Positions 26,955-41,994 of a stretch of 64,000 nucleotides of DNA are shown here, piece by piece. Source of the stretch: the human T2T-CHM13v2.0 reference genome, Homo sapiens; the NCBI RefSeq assembly GCF_009914755.1, contig NC_060928.1. One strand, given 5' to 3'. Position numbers and translations under genes: made by a program. Below the pieces are notes generated by a model, which saw only the letters and a list, made by a program, of their open reading frames with translations, ran no database searches and had not been told where the DNA came from. The first letter of the stretch is position 1, and each line of letters starts with the position of its first letter.

Positions 26955-27855
26955 AATAATATTTTAAATTTTTTGAATACACTTAGATTTATAGAAAAGT
27001 TGCAAAGATAATACAGAAAATTCCCATAGACCCCATACCGAGTTTCCCCTATTATTGGCATTTTTCATTAGCGTGGTTCATTGGTCACATTAATGCCCAA
27101 TTCATTCAGACTTTTCTGGTTTTTAATCTAATGCCCTGTTTCTGTCCCAAGGCATTAGGTTAAAACCCAGAAAAGTCTGAATAAAGTATGGACTGTAGTT
27201 AAAAATAATGTAAGATCTTGGGCATCCTGCCCGTCCACGATACCACGCATGACAGCTAGTTGTCAGGTCTCCTCAGGCGCCTCTTGGCTCTGAGTTTCTC
27301 AGACTTTCCTTGTTTTGATGACCTTCACAGCTTTGAAGAGTATCAGTCAGGTATTTTGCAGAATGTCCTTCAGGAGGGATTTGTCTGATGTTTTCCTCAT
27401 GATTAGACTGGGGTTATGAGTTTGTGTGAAGAAGATCACAGAGATAAAGTGCCGCTCTCATCACATCATATCAAGGGTATATACTATCAGCATGACTTAT
27501 CACCATTGACGTTAACCTTCATCATCTGACTTCAGGTAGCGTTTGTCAGGCTTTTCCACCGCAAAGTTAAAGAAAATCTCTATGCACAGCCCTCACTTAA
27601 GGAGTGGGGCGTTATTCTCCACCTCCTTGAGGGGCAGACTAACTACATAAATTACTTGCCATTCTACACAGGAGATTTGTCAATTTCCCCCATTTATTAT
27701 TTATTCAATCATTTATTAAGACCAGTTTGTACTAATGGACACATATTTTATACTTTGGGTTGTAATCTAATGCTACCTTATTTATTTTGTTGCTCAAGTT
27801 GTTCTAACTTTGGGCCTTAGGGGCTCTTTCAGGAGGCTCTTGTGTCCCTTTGACG
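26955..27855 (-). mobile_element. L1MC4-like 3' end with an internal inverted duplication
   Basis: ttagatttatagaaaagttgcaaagataatacaga and gatttgtctgatgttttcctcatgattagactggggttatg are characteristic of the L1MC 3'UTR. Confidence 0.8.
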
Positions 27856-29649
27856 TACTTGATTGAGCTACTTTTAAGCACAGAATAGAAATAATGTGTA
27901 TCTGCAGATTTTGAGACATTTGGATCTCCTAATATTTGGAAGCTAATTTTCCTAAGAAAGTGAATGGCACAGTGAAAAAACCATCCAGTTTGTTATGTTA
28001 TTGGGCACGATGCTAGTGATCTGATCTTGAGGAAATTATTTAACTCTTGTGAGTCCCAGTTTCTTTGTTAAGGTGAGAATACTTTTAATCTGAACTACAT
28101 AAATTGCCAATATTCTACAACTTCCGACCTACAAAGCAATAACCTCACACAGTCCCAACTTAGATGTACCCAGTGCATGGGACTGTTGTAAAGAAGAAAT
28201 GAAACCTCACATGCAAAGTCCTTCCTGTTTATACAGCTATTAATGTTCTTTACAGCTACCCTACCTATTAGAAAAGGCCAAGTTAGGCCTTGACCATTGA
28301 CCTCAATAACCCATACCAGAGATAAACTGCTCTTAGTCACTCCAGGCCCCAGAAGAGGCTAGGAAATCTAAAACACTAGAACCCACGTTTCTGCTCAAAT
28401 GTCTAAATCAGAAGATTTGGGTAATAAATTATTTGATATTGGGTCTTATTTTTAACTCTCTTCCAAATCCAAATCTTTCAAAAAATAAAATCCCATGAAC
28501 TGATATTGCATCAGATACTGAAAATAAACTGATACTACTTTCCTTAATACATTGAAAGTTCCCATTCTTAAGTCGAAAACAAGCCACTGATATAATTATA
28601 TTCCCTCAATATAATGAGATACATTAGATGAAGTGACCCCAACCCATTATACTGAATGGAGGTTCTTTAAATGCTGCAAAGCACCTGGTTGCCCAACTCA
28701 AGTGGAACAAGTGAGATTACTTCCCTGCTTCAAATTAGATGTGCTTTTTCCAGCATTTCAAAGTTTATATTCTATGGCAATGACCAAAAATGTATTATAT
28801 TCTTTATGAGATCATAGGATGGAAGACATTTTATACTTTGCATTTATTTATGGCATGAAGATCTGGGTCTCAAACTATAGGGTTTTCCCCCTTTTAGTAG
28901 TGTTAAGGCTTTCAAAGAAATTTTAAACAATGTATAGATCGTATGATTTATTTTATGACATAAATCAGAATAATTGGCCATCATAAGAAAGAGATAGACT
29001 TTTGTGGGTATTGTGTATCCATGGTGTATATATTTTTTATCTTAGACTGGAATGGATCTTGTAAAAGAAAGTCTGGCCTGAATATTAAAAGCTAAGTCTT
29101 GATCTTGCCTGTGACAATGTTTTTTTCCCAGTCGTTAAAGCTTTTTATTCCTATCTTCTCCCCTCCACCTTGTGTTGACCTTCTGAAAAGGTTGGATATA
29201 AGAAGATGCAAAACAAATGAGCATATTATTTTTAATAAAAGAAGAATTTGCTTATGAATATTAAAATATGTATTTTTACAGAATGCAGCATTAACCAGTA
29301 TCGAAAAATAATTTAAGAAATGGTAAAAAAAAATTTTTAAAGTCTCATGTATGCTTTATGGCCATCTCTCACCCCACCTGCCTTGCAGATGTGGCAGCTA
29401 ACTGTGTGGCTTTGTTCTATTGACAGGAGATCAATAGGTGTTCCAAATATCCCCTGCCCCTGCAATTTCCACTGAAATTTTGCTATTAGAGAATCAATCT
29501 TCAGGATGAGAGTATCGTGTTTCTATGAATCCCTATTAAATTGCAATTACACCTAGAGTGTTAACTTGTTGAGCTGTAGTCACTTTTACTATCATCAGCC
29601 AAGGTGTTAATCTTAGCAGGTTTATTTTATTTCCTTCCAAGTCTCATAG

Positions 29650-29997
29650 CAGAAAGCAGATCCTCATCACCCTATTCGCCCTTTGGCCATCACTGTGTCA
29701 CTTTTCTTCTATTCACAAGCTAAGTTTCTAGTGTGTGTAATTAGCATACAGTGTCTCCAAATTTCTCTCCTCCTATTAGCTTCTCGGTGTCTTTCCTTTT
29801 AGCTTCTGTGAAGCCAAAAAGTTATTTCCCCAGGATGACTTCCTATTGCTTTGTCCAGTAGCATATTTTCAGTTCACATCCTACATAAAATCTTCTGGGC
29901 GGCTTGGTTTTTTTCTTGAAATCCTTTCCTCTCTTTGCTTCGCGAAATCTCTCTCTACCTATTTCTCTGTCTTCATTATTGAATTGTCCTCAGTTTT
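29650..29997 (+). mobile_element. L2 fragment (left part, interrupted by MLT2)
   Basis: atgacttcctattgct...ttttcagttcacatcct...cttgaaatcctttcctctcttgcttc resembles L2 ORF2. Confidence 0.6.
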
Positions 29998-30324
29998 TGT
30001 TATAGTTAATTTTATGCATCAACTTGGTTGGGCCATAGTACTCGGTGTTTGCTGAAACATGCTTCTAGATGTTTCTAAGAAGGTTTTTCTAAAAAATAAT
30101 GCAAAAGCAAATTACTGACAATAATGTGGGTGGGCCTCATCCAATCAGTTAAAACCCCTAGTCGAAAAAGGCCTCATCTCTCCCGAGGGGAAGAGAATTC
30201 TTCCAGGAGACTGCATTTGGACTCCAAAAGCAACTCTTCTCTGGGTCTGCAGCTAGACTACTCTGTAGATTTTGGACTAGCCAGCCTTCAAAAATCACAT
30301 GATCTAATTCCTTAAAGTAAACCC

Positions 30325-30376
<52 letters not shown>

Positions 30377-30407
30377 CTGTATGCATGTATAGATACATGT
30401 ATATATA

Positions 30408-31930
<1,523 letters not shown>

Positions 31931-31996
31931 TATGTGTCTGTGTATATACAGCCTGTTGGATCTGTTTCTCTGGGGAACCCTAACTTGTACAGTTAT

Positions 31997-32990
31997 GTTT
32001 ACCAAATCCCTCTTCTTTGACCATCCCTTAAATAAGTCAGCCTCCTAGCCTCTGTCTTTTGCTCTCTGACTCCGATCATCTCACTGTACATAAATGCACT
32101 GGCAGAATTTCAGTCTTTTCCAAGCACAAGTTACCAGCCCAGAATTCAAACTTGGAATTCTAAAGTCGTATTCCCAGTCTCCCACCTGACAGCACCACGG
32201 AGCTATCCCACAGGAAGTGTGAAGTCCGTGTGCACAGGAACCGACTTATCCTTCTCCTTCTCAGCTTATACGCTTTCATAAAAAACGTCATCTCTATTAA
32301 CAAAGAAATGATCAACCTAGACCAGAAATCGGATGAAGCCTCGGATCCTCTGAATATCTGACCTTTCCCAAGGCTTCGCATCCACTCCCACACTGTATGC
32401 CTTCCCCTGGCACTGCAAACCAGTCCCCCAGTACTCTTGCAGGTGTGCTGAAACTCTATTCCTTTTCCTCAATGTTCACCTTAGAGCCTTATTTCAAGCT
32501 CTCACTGCACATGAACTAAATCAAAATACAATCTCAAGCTTGTCTTCCCATCAGATCTTATCTTCTTACTTCCGCTATGCTTAAAATTTGGAATGACTTC
32601 CAATTCACTGAATTTGCCTTATTCTTTTATGCTACTGTAACCTTATACATATTCTTCATTGTTCCTAGAATTCCTTTCTCCACTCTGTTAGAAAATGACT
32701 TACCATTCTTTAAGATGCTGCTTAAATAACACTTCTTTTAGGAAGCCCTGATATATCCACCTTTCCAATTCTTCAACTGATGACTCTGCATTTAATGTTA
32801 TTACTGTACCCTTCTGCCTAAATCTAATGTTGCTATGATTTCTACTTTAAAAGTTTTCTGTCTTTATCTCTAGTGCCCTGTGAGAGCTTTAAGAAGAGAA
32901 ATTGAGTTTTATTCATCACTTTATCCCTATGTTTAAGAGGCAAGATATCCACAGGAAGTAGCAGCAAAAATTTGAGTGCATGAGTGAACC
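31997..32990 (+). mobile_element. L2 fragment (right part, running to the 3' end)
   Basis: ttctttaagatgctgcttaaataacacttcttttaggaagccc...ctgtgagagctttaaga...tgagtgcatgagtgaa is an L2 3' terminus. Confidence 0.65.
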
Positions 32991-33342
32991 TGGAAGAAAA
33001 AATTAAAAAATTATATGAGAAGTTTAACCCTACAATAACTAAGTGGATTTGAAACTATTTTCATGTGTTTTGTAAACTGCGTTCCCTGACCAGAATTCAG
33101 TAATATTAGAAATTTATTTTTATAAAAAGAAAAGAAAAAGCCTTAAAAGTTAGAGATTTTAAAATCCTTCCTGAATTTTTGGATTAAGAAAAGCCAGAAT
33201 TACAATTAAACTACTTATAAAATAGACCAAAAAAGCAAGATATCCAATATACCCTGTGTGAGCTAACAGCACACATGAGTGTGTACGCAAGTATGCGTAT
33301 ATGTGGGTGTCTAAGCAGGAGGCACAAATCTAGTTCAGCTGT

Positions 33343-33717
33343 TTATATGGTTTGGCTGTGTCCCCACCCAAATCTCATCTTGAATTGTAGTTCCCACGAT
33401 CCCCACACGTCATGGGAAGGACCAGGTAGAGAAAATTGAATCACGGGGGTGGTTTCCGCCATCCTATTCTCATAGTGAGGGTGTTCTCAGGAGATCTGAT
33501 GGTTTTACAAGGGGCTTCCCCGTTCTCTGGGCACTCATTCATCTCCTTCCTGCCATGATGTGAAGAAGGACATGTTTGCTTCCCGTTCTGCCATGACTGT
33601 AAGTTTTCTGAGGCCTCCCCAGCCCTGTGGAGCTGTGAGTCAATTAAAAGTCTTTCCTTTATAAATTACACCATCTTGGGTATGTCTTTATTAGAATCAT
33701 GAGAACAAACTAATACA
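33343..33717 (+). mobile_element. THE1 (THE1C/D-like) MaLR solo LTR
   Basis: atatggtttggctgtgtccccacccaaatctcatcttgaattgtagttccc...actaataca. Perfect 5-bp TSD gctgt (33338-42, 33718-22). Confidence 0.95.
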
Positions 33718-33929
33718 GCTGTACAAGGATAAATATGATTTTTTTCCATGTCACTACATTTTGTGTGGCTATTCTGTTACTTTGCAACTTAACATAATCA
33801 AAGCCAATTCAGAATGTTTTTAATAAATTCAAGATCTCTCCCTACAACTACCCCTCCTTAACCCTGGGATTGCATGTAAGTGTTGGAGGAAGGATTGTAT
33901 TATTGTCCTCCTCAACAATACTGTGATTG

Positions 33930-34140
33930 TCATAATAGCTAACATGATGCACTTTGTTTAAAAGTGCCTGATGTGTATTAATTCATTTAATCGCCATAAG
34001 TGCCCAAAACAGGAAGCACTGTTATTATTGCCATTTTAGAGATGAAAAAGCAGAGCACAGAAGTTAAGCAGTTTCCGAAAGTTCAAACAGCTAGTCAATT
34101 GTGAAGCAGGCATTTTGATCCAGAGCCAATGCTTTTAGTT
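33930..34140 (-). mobile_element. MIR
   Basis: tattaattcatttaatc...ttattattgccattttagagatgaaaaagcagagcacagaagttaag. Confidence 0.75.
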
Positions 34141-34329
34141 GCAAGACAGGGAGGACAAGTCATCTTATCCTGGGCTGTACTCATGGGCACACGCTGGCCA
34201 CCCCCATTTCTTCGTGTGTGTTTCAGTATTGGCTCTATATTCACCATACCAATAAAGGATGCTTGTTTAATTGTTTAGTTCTAAACAGGCAGTTAACTTC
34301 TCTGGACTCAAATTTCAAACTGTGCTTCT

Positions 34330-35265
34330 TTATTCAGTCTGGTCCCCTGTGAATCTTCCCTGTGCTTGTACTTGTAGAGTTTGGTGATCATTCAAGCATT
34401 TGGGCAGTTTACCTTCAAATTTTGTGATTCACACTCTCAGTGGATTCCTTGCGTTTGGAAAATCCTCCTAAGTTTCCACTTCTCCAACTTCCAACTCTGT
34501 CTTCTGACACCTCAGTCCAAGAAACCTGGTTTTCTGCCACCTGAGCTGTGCACGGATTAGGGAATGCCTTTCATTTAAAAAGCAGCAAACTCACAAAATT
34601 TCTCCCAGTGAAACAAAGTATTTCAGAGAAAAATGTCTCTCTGGTGTCAATCTGCCTCCTGCAACCCTCACCAAGCCCCCCAGGTCTTCCCTGCAAACAT
34701 GGCATTTAGGGGGCTGCCTGGAGTTTGGGCAGAGTTTATAATTCAGGTTTAGGGATCTGTTCTTTTTTTTTCTCACACTTCTAGAATCTCCCTCTTAAAC
34801 TTCCAACTTCTTTTCCAACACTACATTCTCTCTGTCATCTGTAACCAAATAAGAAAGCCTACATTTAGGAAGCATGCTTGGTCAAGAAAACTAGAAACTC
34901 ACAATCCTTACCCTTTCCGTAACAGCTTTTCAAGGGGGAGAAAAGCTTCATTGACTTCAGCCTGGCTTTAGATACTTTTCAGCTACTTTTCCATTCCTGA
35001 ACTCTCTTTGCCATGATCTCAAGCCAAGAGAGTAAGCCTGTATGTGGTTTTCTACCCAATAATCCTGGGGATTGGAAGTGTGCTTTGGCAAGAACAGTTT
35101 AAAGTCTCAATTCTTACCTCTTCCTGTTGCAGTTTTTCAACAATCCATCCACTTCGGCATGCTTTCCAGGACCCTTCAATCGCAGTTGAAATGTTATCCA
35201 AATTTCCTAGTGTGATATGTGAAAGGGTTTGCCTCACCACTTTACTCTCTGCCATTACTGGAAGT
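34330..35265 (-). mobile_element. Possible ancient L1M 5'UTR fragment
   Basis: The end ctttactctctgccattactggaagt resembles antisense L1ME/L1M 5' termini. Highly diverged. Confidence 0.35.
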
Positions 35266-35471
35266 TCCCCAAGTGTATTTTTATATTAATGAAAGTTATG
35301 ATCAGCAAAATAATATAATAATTATGAACTACTATGTTTTTGAAGTGAGGAAGTATGAAGACTTTGTTATTTTACCTTATTTTATCTTCAGAGGGGCTCT
35401 CTTTCCTCCAGCCAAACACCAAGAGGTGGAATCCAGGTGTGTATTTACAGTACAACCATATGCCTTATAGT

Positions 35472-35580
35472 TAGGGTGAATATAGTTCCCAGTTTGCCAG
35501 GACAGTCTTCATACATGCCTGTTAGCCTAGTATGTCCTGACATAATTATTAATAGCTTACCTTTTCACTCTCAGAAAATT
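35472..35580. mobile_element. MER94 (hAT-Blackjack) MITE, partial
   Basis: tagggtga...cccagtttgccaggacagtc...ataattattaatagc...tttcactctca. Confidence 0.75.
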
Positions 35581-35629
35581 CTTTCTAAACTTTATAGTTT
35601 ATAAAATGCATAAACTTTATGAGGAGGGG

Positions 35630-35782
35630 GGTCATGTTCGATTAGGGTCCAGGCCTTAATAACCTCATTTTAACTTTATCACCTCATTAAATACACTATT
35701 GCCAAGTATGGTTACGTTCTTAGGTTCTGGGGGTTAGAACTTCAACAAAGGAAATTGGAGGGGACACAGTTCCATCCAGAAT
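35630..35782 (-). mobile_element. MLT1 MaLR LTR fragment
   Basis: acctcattttaact...ttctgggggttagaacttcaaca...ggggacacagttc. Confidence 0.75.
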
Positions 35783-36063
35783 GGTCATAAATAGCACTGC
35801 TATGAGTAGCGTCACAGATACTATTAATATCAGAGTGGTAATATTGGCAAACACGTCAGTGTTGATGAAAAGTAGCATTTGGTTTAATTCCCAATCATTG
35901 AGAGCCTTCTAGATGCCAGGTGTTGTTAGCAGCCTCCCTTAACAGTAAACTTTTTCTGCATTTGTCAAGTTGATGCAAACCATGCTTGGCACACAGCAGT
36001 CTTGACCTTGTAATTCACACCACACTCTTCCTTTTGCCAACTCAGCTTTCACTTTCTTGATCC

Positions 36064-36240
36064 CAGTGTTCATGGATGTGATCTGTAAATGAACAGCATC
36101 CCAAACCACCTGGAAGGCTCAGTAAAAATGCAGCATCCACACCAGACCAGATAACTAAAAGTGATGCAGGGCAAAGCCTGGGAATCCTCATTTTTAAAAG
36201 TCTCCAAAAGATTGTTATGGCTCACTATAATTTGAGGATA
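36064..36240. mobile_element. MER5B-like MITE
   Basis: accacctggaaggct...aaaaatgcag...gcctgggaatcctcatttttaaaagtctcc. Confidence 0.55.
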
Positions 36241-38511
36241 ATTGAATCTCCCACGGTGTCTGTGGATGCCTCTTGCACTGCACTTGAGGAAAAGGACAGC
36301 AAATGACTTCAGGCAAAGTGAAAGAGTCACTAAGAGTCTCCCTTCAGAGGCTGCAAGGGCAGTTTCTGTGGATATTTGCAATCTGCAGCTCAAGTTACAG
36401 AAGAAATTTAACTTTCAGTTTACTCACTAAAGAGAGAGCTTGGGTTAGCCCCTAAGGGAAGCAGTATTTATTCTAACAAGTTGCATGCTATTTGAAGAAG
36501 ATTTTGTCTTACAGGGAAAAATTTACATGCTAAAAATATCTAAATAAACATTTTTAAAGGCAAATTTTCTTAAACACAATTTCTTTGGAACCTAGAAGAT
36601 GATAAAAATTTTTCATTTACACATCTCGACTTTGAATAAATATTTGTAAACCTACTTAAATAACTAGGGCACTAGTGAAATGAGATTACTTTCCTGTAAC
36701 AAGATAAGGAAAATGCAATAATAACCTCAATTTAATGGCTGACTTTTAAAATGTTAGCATTTTTCCTTAAGTGAAATTGACCTTGTCACAAGGTATGCCA
36801 CAAAACTCTCTTCTTGCTAGGATGAAATATTGCTGCAAGATTATTAACATTTATGTGGAAAGGTAAATGTTTTAAGGCCAGCGACTCTATGATGCATGCA
36901 TGAAATTGTGGTTTGATGTATATTACGGAGATTCAATAATTATTACTGGATTAGGTCAATAAATTTGGAAAGATGGGAAAGGATTACAGAATGAGAGTAC
37001 TTTATGTTTTAAGAAATTGATCGAATGCCCTCTTTGACTAATTTCATCCATGACAACCAAATTTGGCCCAGAGTTCCACATGCACAGTTCCCACTGACAT
37101 CCATAGAATTTGTGCATGAGTTACAGAGCTTAGAATGAAGCCCTAAGGAAATAACTAAAGATTTTTGGTGAGATATACTTGTGTGATTAAATAAAACCAT
37201 TTTTATGGGCTTTGTTTTCTTGTTTTCAGGCCCTTCCTTATGAGGATAAATAGCCGAAGCACATTGAGGTTAATATTGCTTTTAAGCTATTTGTCTCCAT
37301 TTGGGAACTAAATGCAAAGAAAAAATGAATGTTTTACCTCTAAGAAGCTTTCTTCAGTTAAATGTTTCCACTAAATTCAGAGTCCAGCCAACCTTGCCAC
37401 TTTCCTGGGAATAGGCATAAATCACGTCTAAAAATTTTAGAAAACAGTAGGAAAACTTATCTAGTAGAAAGAGAATTAGCTATGCAGTTATTTGTTCCAT
37501 TCTTGTACCACAGTGAATGTAGTGAAACCTGCTTCACTCCATAAAAATAAAGAACATATAACTTAATTTGAAAACCAAAAAATTAAATGACATGCACCTC
37601 AGAAAAGTACAAATTAAAGATGTAAGTTTTGAAATCCAGTCTTATTTGAAATTTTAGAAACAATCCAGAAACAACAAATTGAAGTAACATTTAGCTAATA
37701 TAACTGATTCCAACTTATTTTTCATGAATGCACTAAAATCCTCAGTTTGTAGGTAATAGACTGTATGAAACTAAAGAGTATGAGCTAGGCACAATACTTT
37801 ACATGTGTAATCCCAACGTTTCCCAATATTGCAGATGAGGAATTCAAATATATTCAAGTTAAGAAATTTATTAGTAAGACCCAGGATTCAAGATCTGGTT
37901 ATTTGCTCTATTTAATATACAAAGACACTTCAAAATCAAATGAAAAAAATTCAATTCAGAGAAACAATTTACAAAATTCAATTTCAGGTGGATTCAAATT
38001 TCAAAATGAATCTTATGGAAGCAAGTGTAAATAAATGTGAATATTTGCCAGTTCTCTGTAGGGGTGATGAATACATCTTCTCTGAAGAATTACAAAAAAT
38101 TAGAAGGAAATATACAAATATAAAATGTCACAAAAACAATAGATTTCTCAAATATACATAAAAACAGATGAGAAGAAATTGATGTGGTATCATGGTTTAC
38201 TTTTCACAGTACATTCATATCATATGAAGAGTTCATATAAACTCGTGACAAAGTTCTAAGATTAAAAAAAATAAGTTTGCAAGAGATGAATGGTTACTTC
38301 ACAACATATTACATACAGTACTAAAATAAACATTCCTACTAATAAAATGAATGTGAATTTTAAAATATGAGTTGACATTTCTAATTTATAAAATGAATAA
38401 GTTCTAAAATTAAAAAAAGTGTATACTCAAAGTTGAGGTAAAATGCTGTATTTCATTTTTACTTAACATTTTTAACCAGTTATTTAGTTCATTCAAAATT
38501 ATTTTATCATT

Positions 38512-39025
38512 AGCTGTTTAGTTCAGCTGTTTAGAAACCAATCTCAGAAATAAAATGAATGTAAGTAAGATAAATGTTTATTCCTCTCTCATATAGAATA
38601 AGTCCTGAGGCAGTAATTCAAGGGAAGGTGCGGTAACTGTAGCTAGGTATCTAAGCACCGTCTCATTTTTGCTTCATTATCCTAGTACTCGAATTCTATC
38701 CTCAGAATTACCTCATTGTATAAGATGGCTACTGGAGCTCTAGCTACCACCTCTATTGTCCATGCAGCAGGAAAGATAATTCTAGGAAGTTCAACAGGGA
38801 AATATGCCAACCTGGCCATCTTCCTTTAGGGAGAGTCCCTGAAAATCCTGCATAATACTAATTGGCCAGGATTTAACTTCACATCTACCAGTATCTATGC
38901 ATAGTTTTCATGGGAGGCTAAAAGAAGTCATCCTCAAGATGCGTTTTTGCTACATCAGTTAAAATACAAATCATGCCCTTAAAAGGGGAAAGAATGGATA
39001 GTTGGTGGAAACTGTTAGTCCGCCA
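38512..39025 (-). mobile_element. Old MaLR LTR (MLT1J/K-like)
   Basis: tttattcctctctcatatagaataagtcctgagg...aagatggctactggagctctagc...attggccagga. Lies between diverged L1ME-like pieces (about 37960-38450 and 39180-39650). Confidence 0.55.
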
Positions 39026-39759
39026 TGATTGTTTAGTATTATTGGGTATCTGTGTCAGGTACCAAGCAATGTACTAGGTTCTGGCCCGTTAATGTAAAAG
39101 CATAGTCCCTAGCCTCAAATAGTGTAGAGACTAGTTGGGAGAGAGTTATTTAAACATGCATGGTTTATAGAAAAATACAAAATATTTATTGATGGCTATT
39201 AAAATGTTTACATACTTTGACATATTAATTTTCTTCCACAAGTGAATCAAAAGGAAATAATTCAAATGGGAAAATGCATAAACAAGTTTATTGCCAGATT
39301 GTTTATGATAATAAAATATTGCCTATAACTTAGACAAACTCAACAGGAAGGTAAATTTTGGCAAATCTACTTAAACATTAGGTAACTTTTAAAATTCTTT
39401 AAAACCTTTATTGTGTATGTATGAATCCATGGATTTGAAAAATATTTCCAGAAATATATGACAGGCATAAGATTAATATGTGACCTTCATATTGTTAACT
39501 AGAAAAGTAAAATATTAATTGCTTCTATATTTCCATGTATTCATCCAAAAATTGTGTATATATGACCAAGGACTGTAAACCATCATGAGAAAAAAAACAG
39601 TTATATTTATTGTGGTGAAAGTGATTTGAGTGAGTTTTTAATTTTACTTATACTTCTGTTGCTCTTAGGCTAACATCAGTTTATAGTTTGGAATTCAACA
39701 TAAACATTTCTAAAGATGGAAGTTGAATGCACAGAATGGGAATGCCATCTCCTCGGCTA

Positions 39760-40240
39760 ACCTTACGTTTCCCTGTCTCCCTCATTTTGTCTTCTTAATT
39801 TCCACTTTGTTATGCATGTCTATCATTCCATCTCTTTACTGTTAGAGCCTGCTTCTGACTGAGATTTCCATTTTGTCTTATCTGATCATTGAGGTACCTT
39901 ACCAATAGTCTTAGCTATATTAGCTAATTCTAATTTCCTAGTTATGACCTCAACTGCTTTGTAGACTTGGAAAAGCCTTTTTCCTCTTTTCGGGTGAATG
40001 TACATTTGGCATTCACGGGACCCTCCTCTCTTCCTCTCTCTACAAGCAGAAGTCATGTGTCCATTTGGAGCATATGGTTCTATACTCTCCTGTTTTATAG
40101 CCTTTATCGTATTTGAGTTGTTTATTACCATATGCCTCCAACCCAGGAGCTGAATAAGAGTATCTTTTGACCTTGGGTACCCCAGCATCCAGCAGGAAAC
40201 TGGCACATTTTAGAAACACAATAAACGTTGATGAAGTTCT
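39760..40240 (+). mobile_element. L2 3' fragment
   Basis: gtaccccagcatccagcaggaaactggcacattttagaaacacaataaacgttgatgaa resembles an L2 3' end. Confidence 0.5.
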
Positions 40241-40854
40241 TGATGGACTTACTTTGATCCAGGATGACAAGCAAAATTTTCTAATCACCGCAGGCATGAA
40301 AGAAGGTTGATTATAATTTGGGATACTATAAAAAGAGTCAAGCACTTGGAAGAAAGGAATACTTCTTCCTGTTTTTTTTTTTTTTTTGCCCCGTAAAATG
40401 CGTAACCTCTTTTCATTTTACATTATAATCAATAACAAAATTGTGGTCAACATTAGCTGAAGATATGATTATTTGTAAATGATTATTTTATAAAAATTAG
40501 TACTGTCTAGCTTGTTTATTAGAATGCTACAAACATATCTAGATGATTATGTGTATAAATGAGGACCTTGCATGAACGATCCAGAAAAATCTTATGACTT
40601 CTTTTGAGATAATTAATTGTTCAGGTATTGCTTTTCAAAAAATAATACACGGATCATGTTTTGTTTGATTTTTAAGTATATTTCTATCTACAACAGAGTT
40701 ACCTCTTTCAATTATCGCATAGCATAGGTTAAGTAATAAATAGCAACTTAGATACTATAGCCATTGAGCCACAATTTCTAAATACCTGGTATGCATGCTT
40801 CCAAGGAATGTTTAGTAAGAGAAGATGTAAAATCAGAACTTTAAGATGTCAGTC

Positions 40855-41177
<323 letters not shown>

Positions 41178-41556
41178 CTATGAATTTATGCCTGCTTTTC
41201 TTAACATAATTTATATCTTTATCACTCTTTGGAGAAATAAGATAAGTTGATCACTCACTGTACAAACTATTTGTTTGGTCCTTAAGCAACATTTGATATT
41301 TATATCAAGTTAAAAGATTAGAGAGTTAACTCTAAGAGGAATTCTCCTCCTGCAAGTTGATAAGCACTTCCTCACTAGTTGCCCCCTCAAGATAATCAGA
41401 GTTGCTACAGTAAGAGTGTAGGAAAAAAGTGATCCCTGCTCTTCCCAGGGAAATGAGCTAGAGACCTCCCAGCAACCAGAATGTTGTTAGCAAGTGGGCC
41501 TGATTATTGTCATCCCTTTCATCCCATAATTTTAGATTAAAAATTGGCCTTTTCAG

Positions 41557-41837
<281 letters not shown>

Positions 41838-41838
41838 C

Positions 41839-41994
41839 GGAAGGAAAGAAGGAAGGGAAAGGAAAGGAAAAAGGGAAGGGAGGGGAAGGAAAAAGGGAAG
41901 GGAAGGGAAGGAAAGGGAAGGGAGAGAGAGAAAGGAAAGAAAGAAAGAGAGAAAGGAAGGGAGGGAGGGAGGGCGGGAAGAAGGAAGGAAGGAA
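41839..41994 (+). repeat. Polypurine (GGAA/GAAA/GGGA)n tract derived from the Alu tail
   Basis: About 155 nt that are almost entirely A/G. Confidence 0.95.

Noticed and set aside
33614-33626. THE1 position of the PRDM9 hotspot motif
   Set aside because: It reads cctccccagccct, not CCTCCCTAGCCAC, and fails CCNCCNTNNCCNC at two positions.
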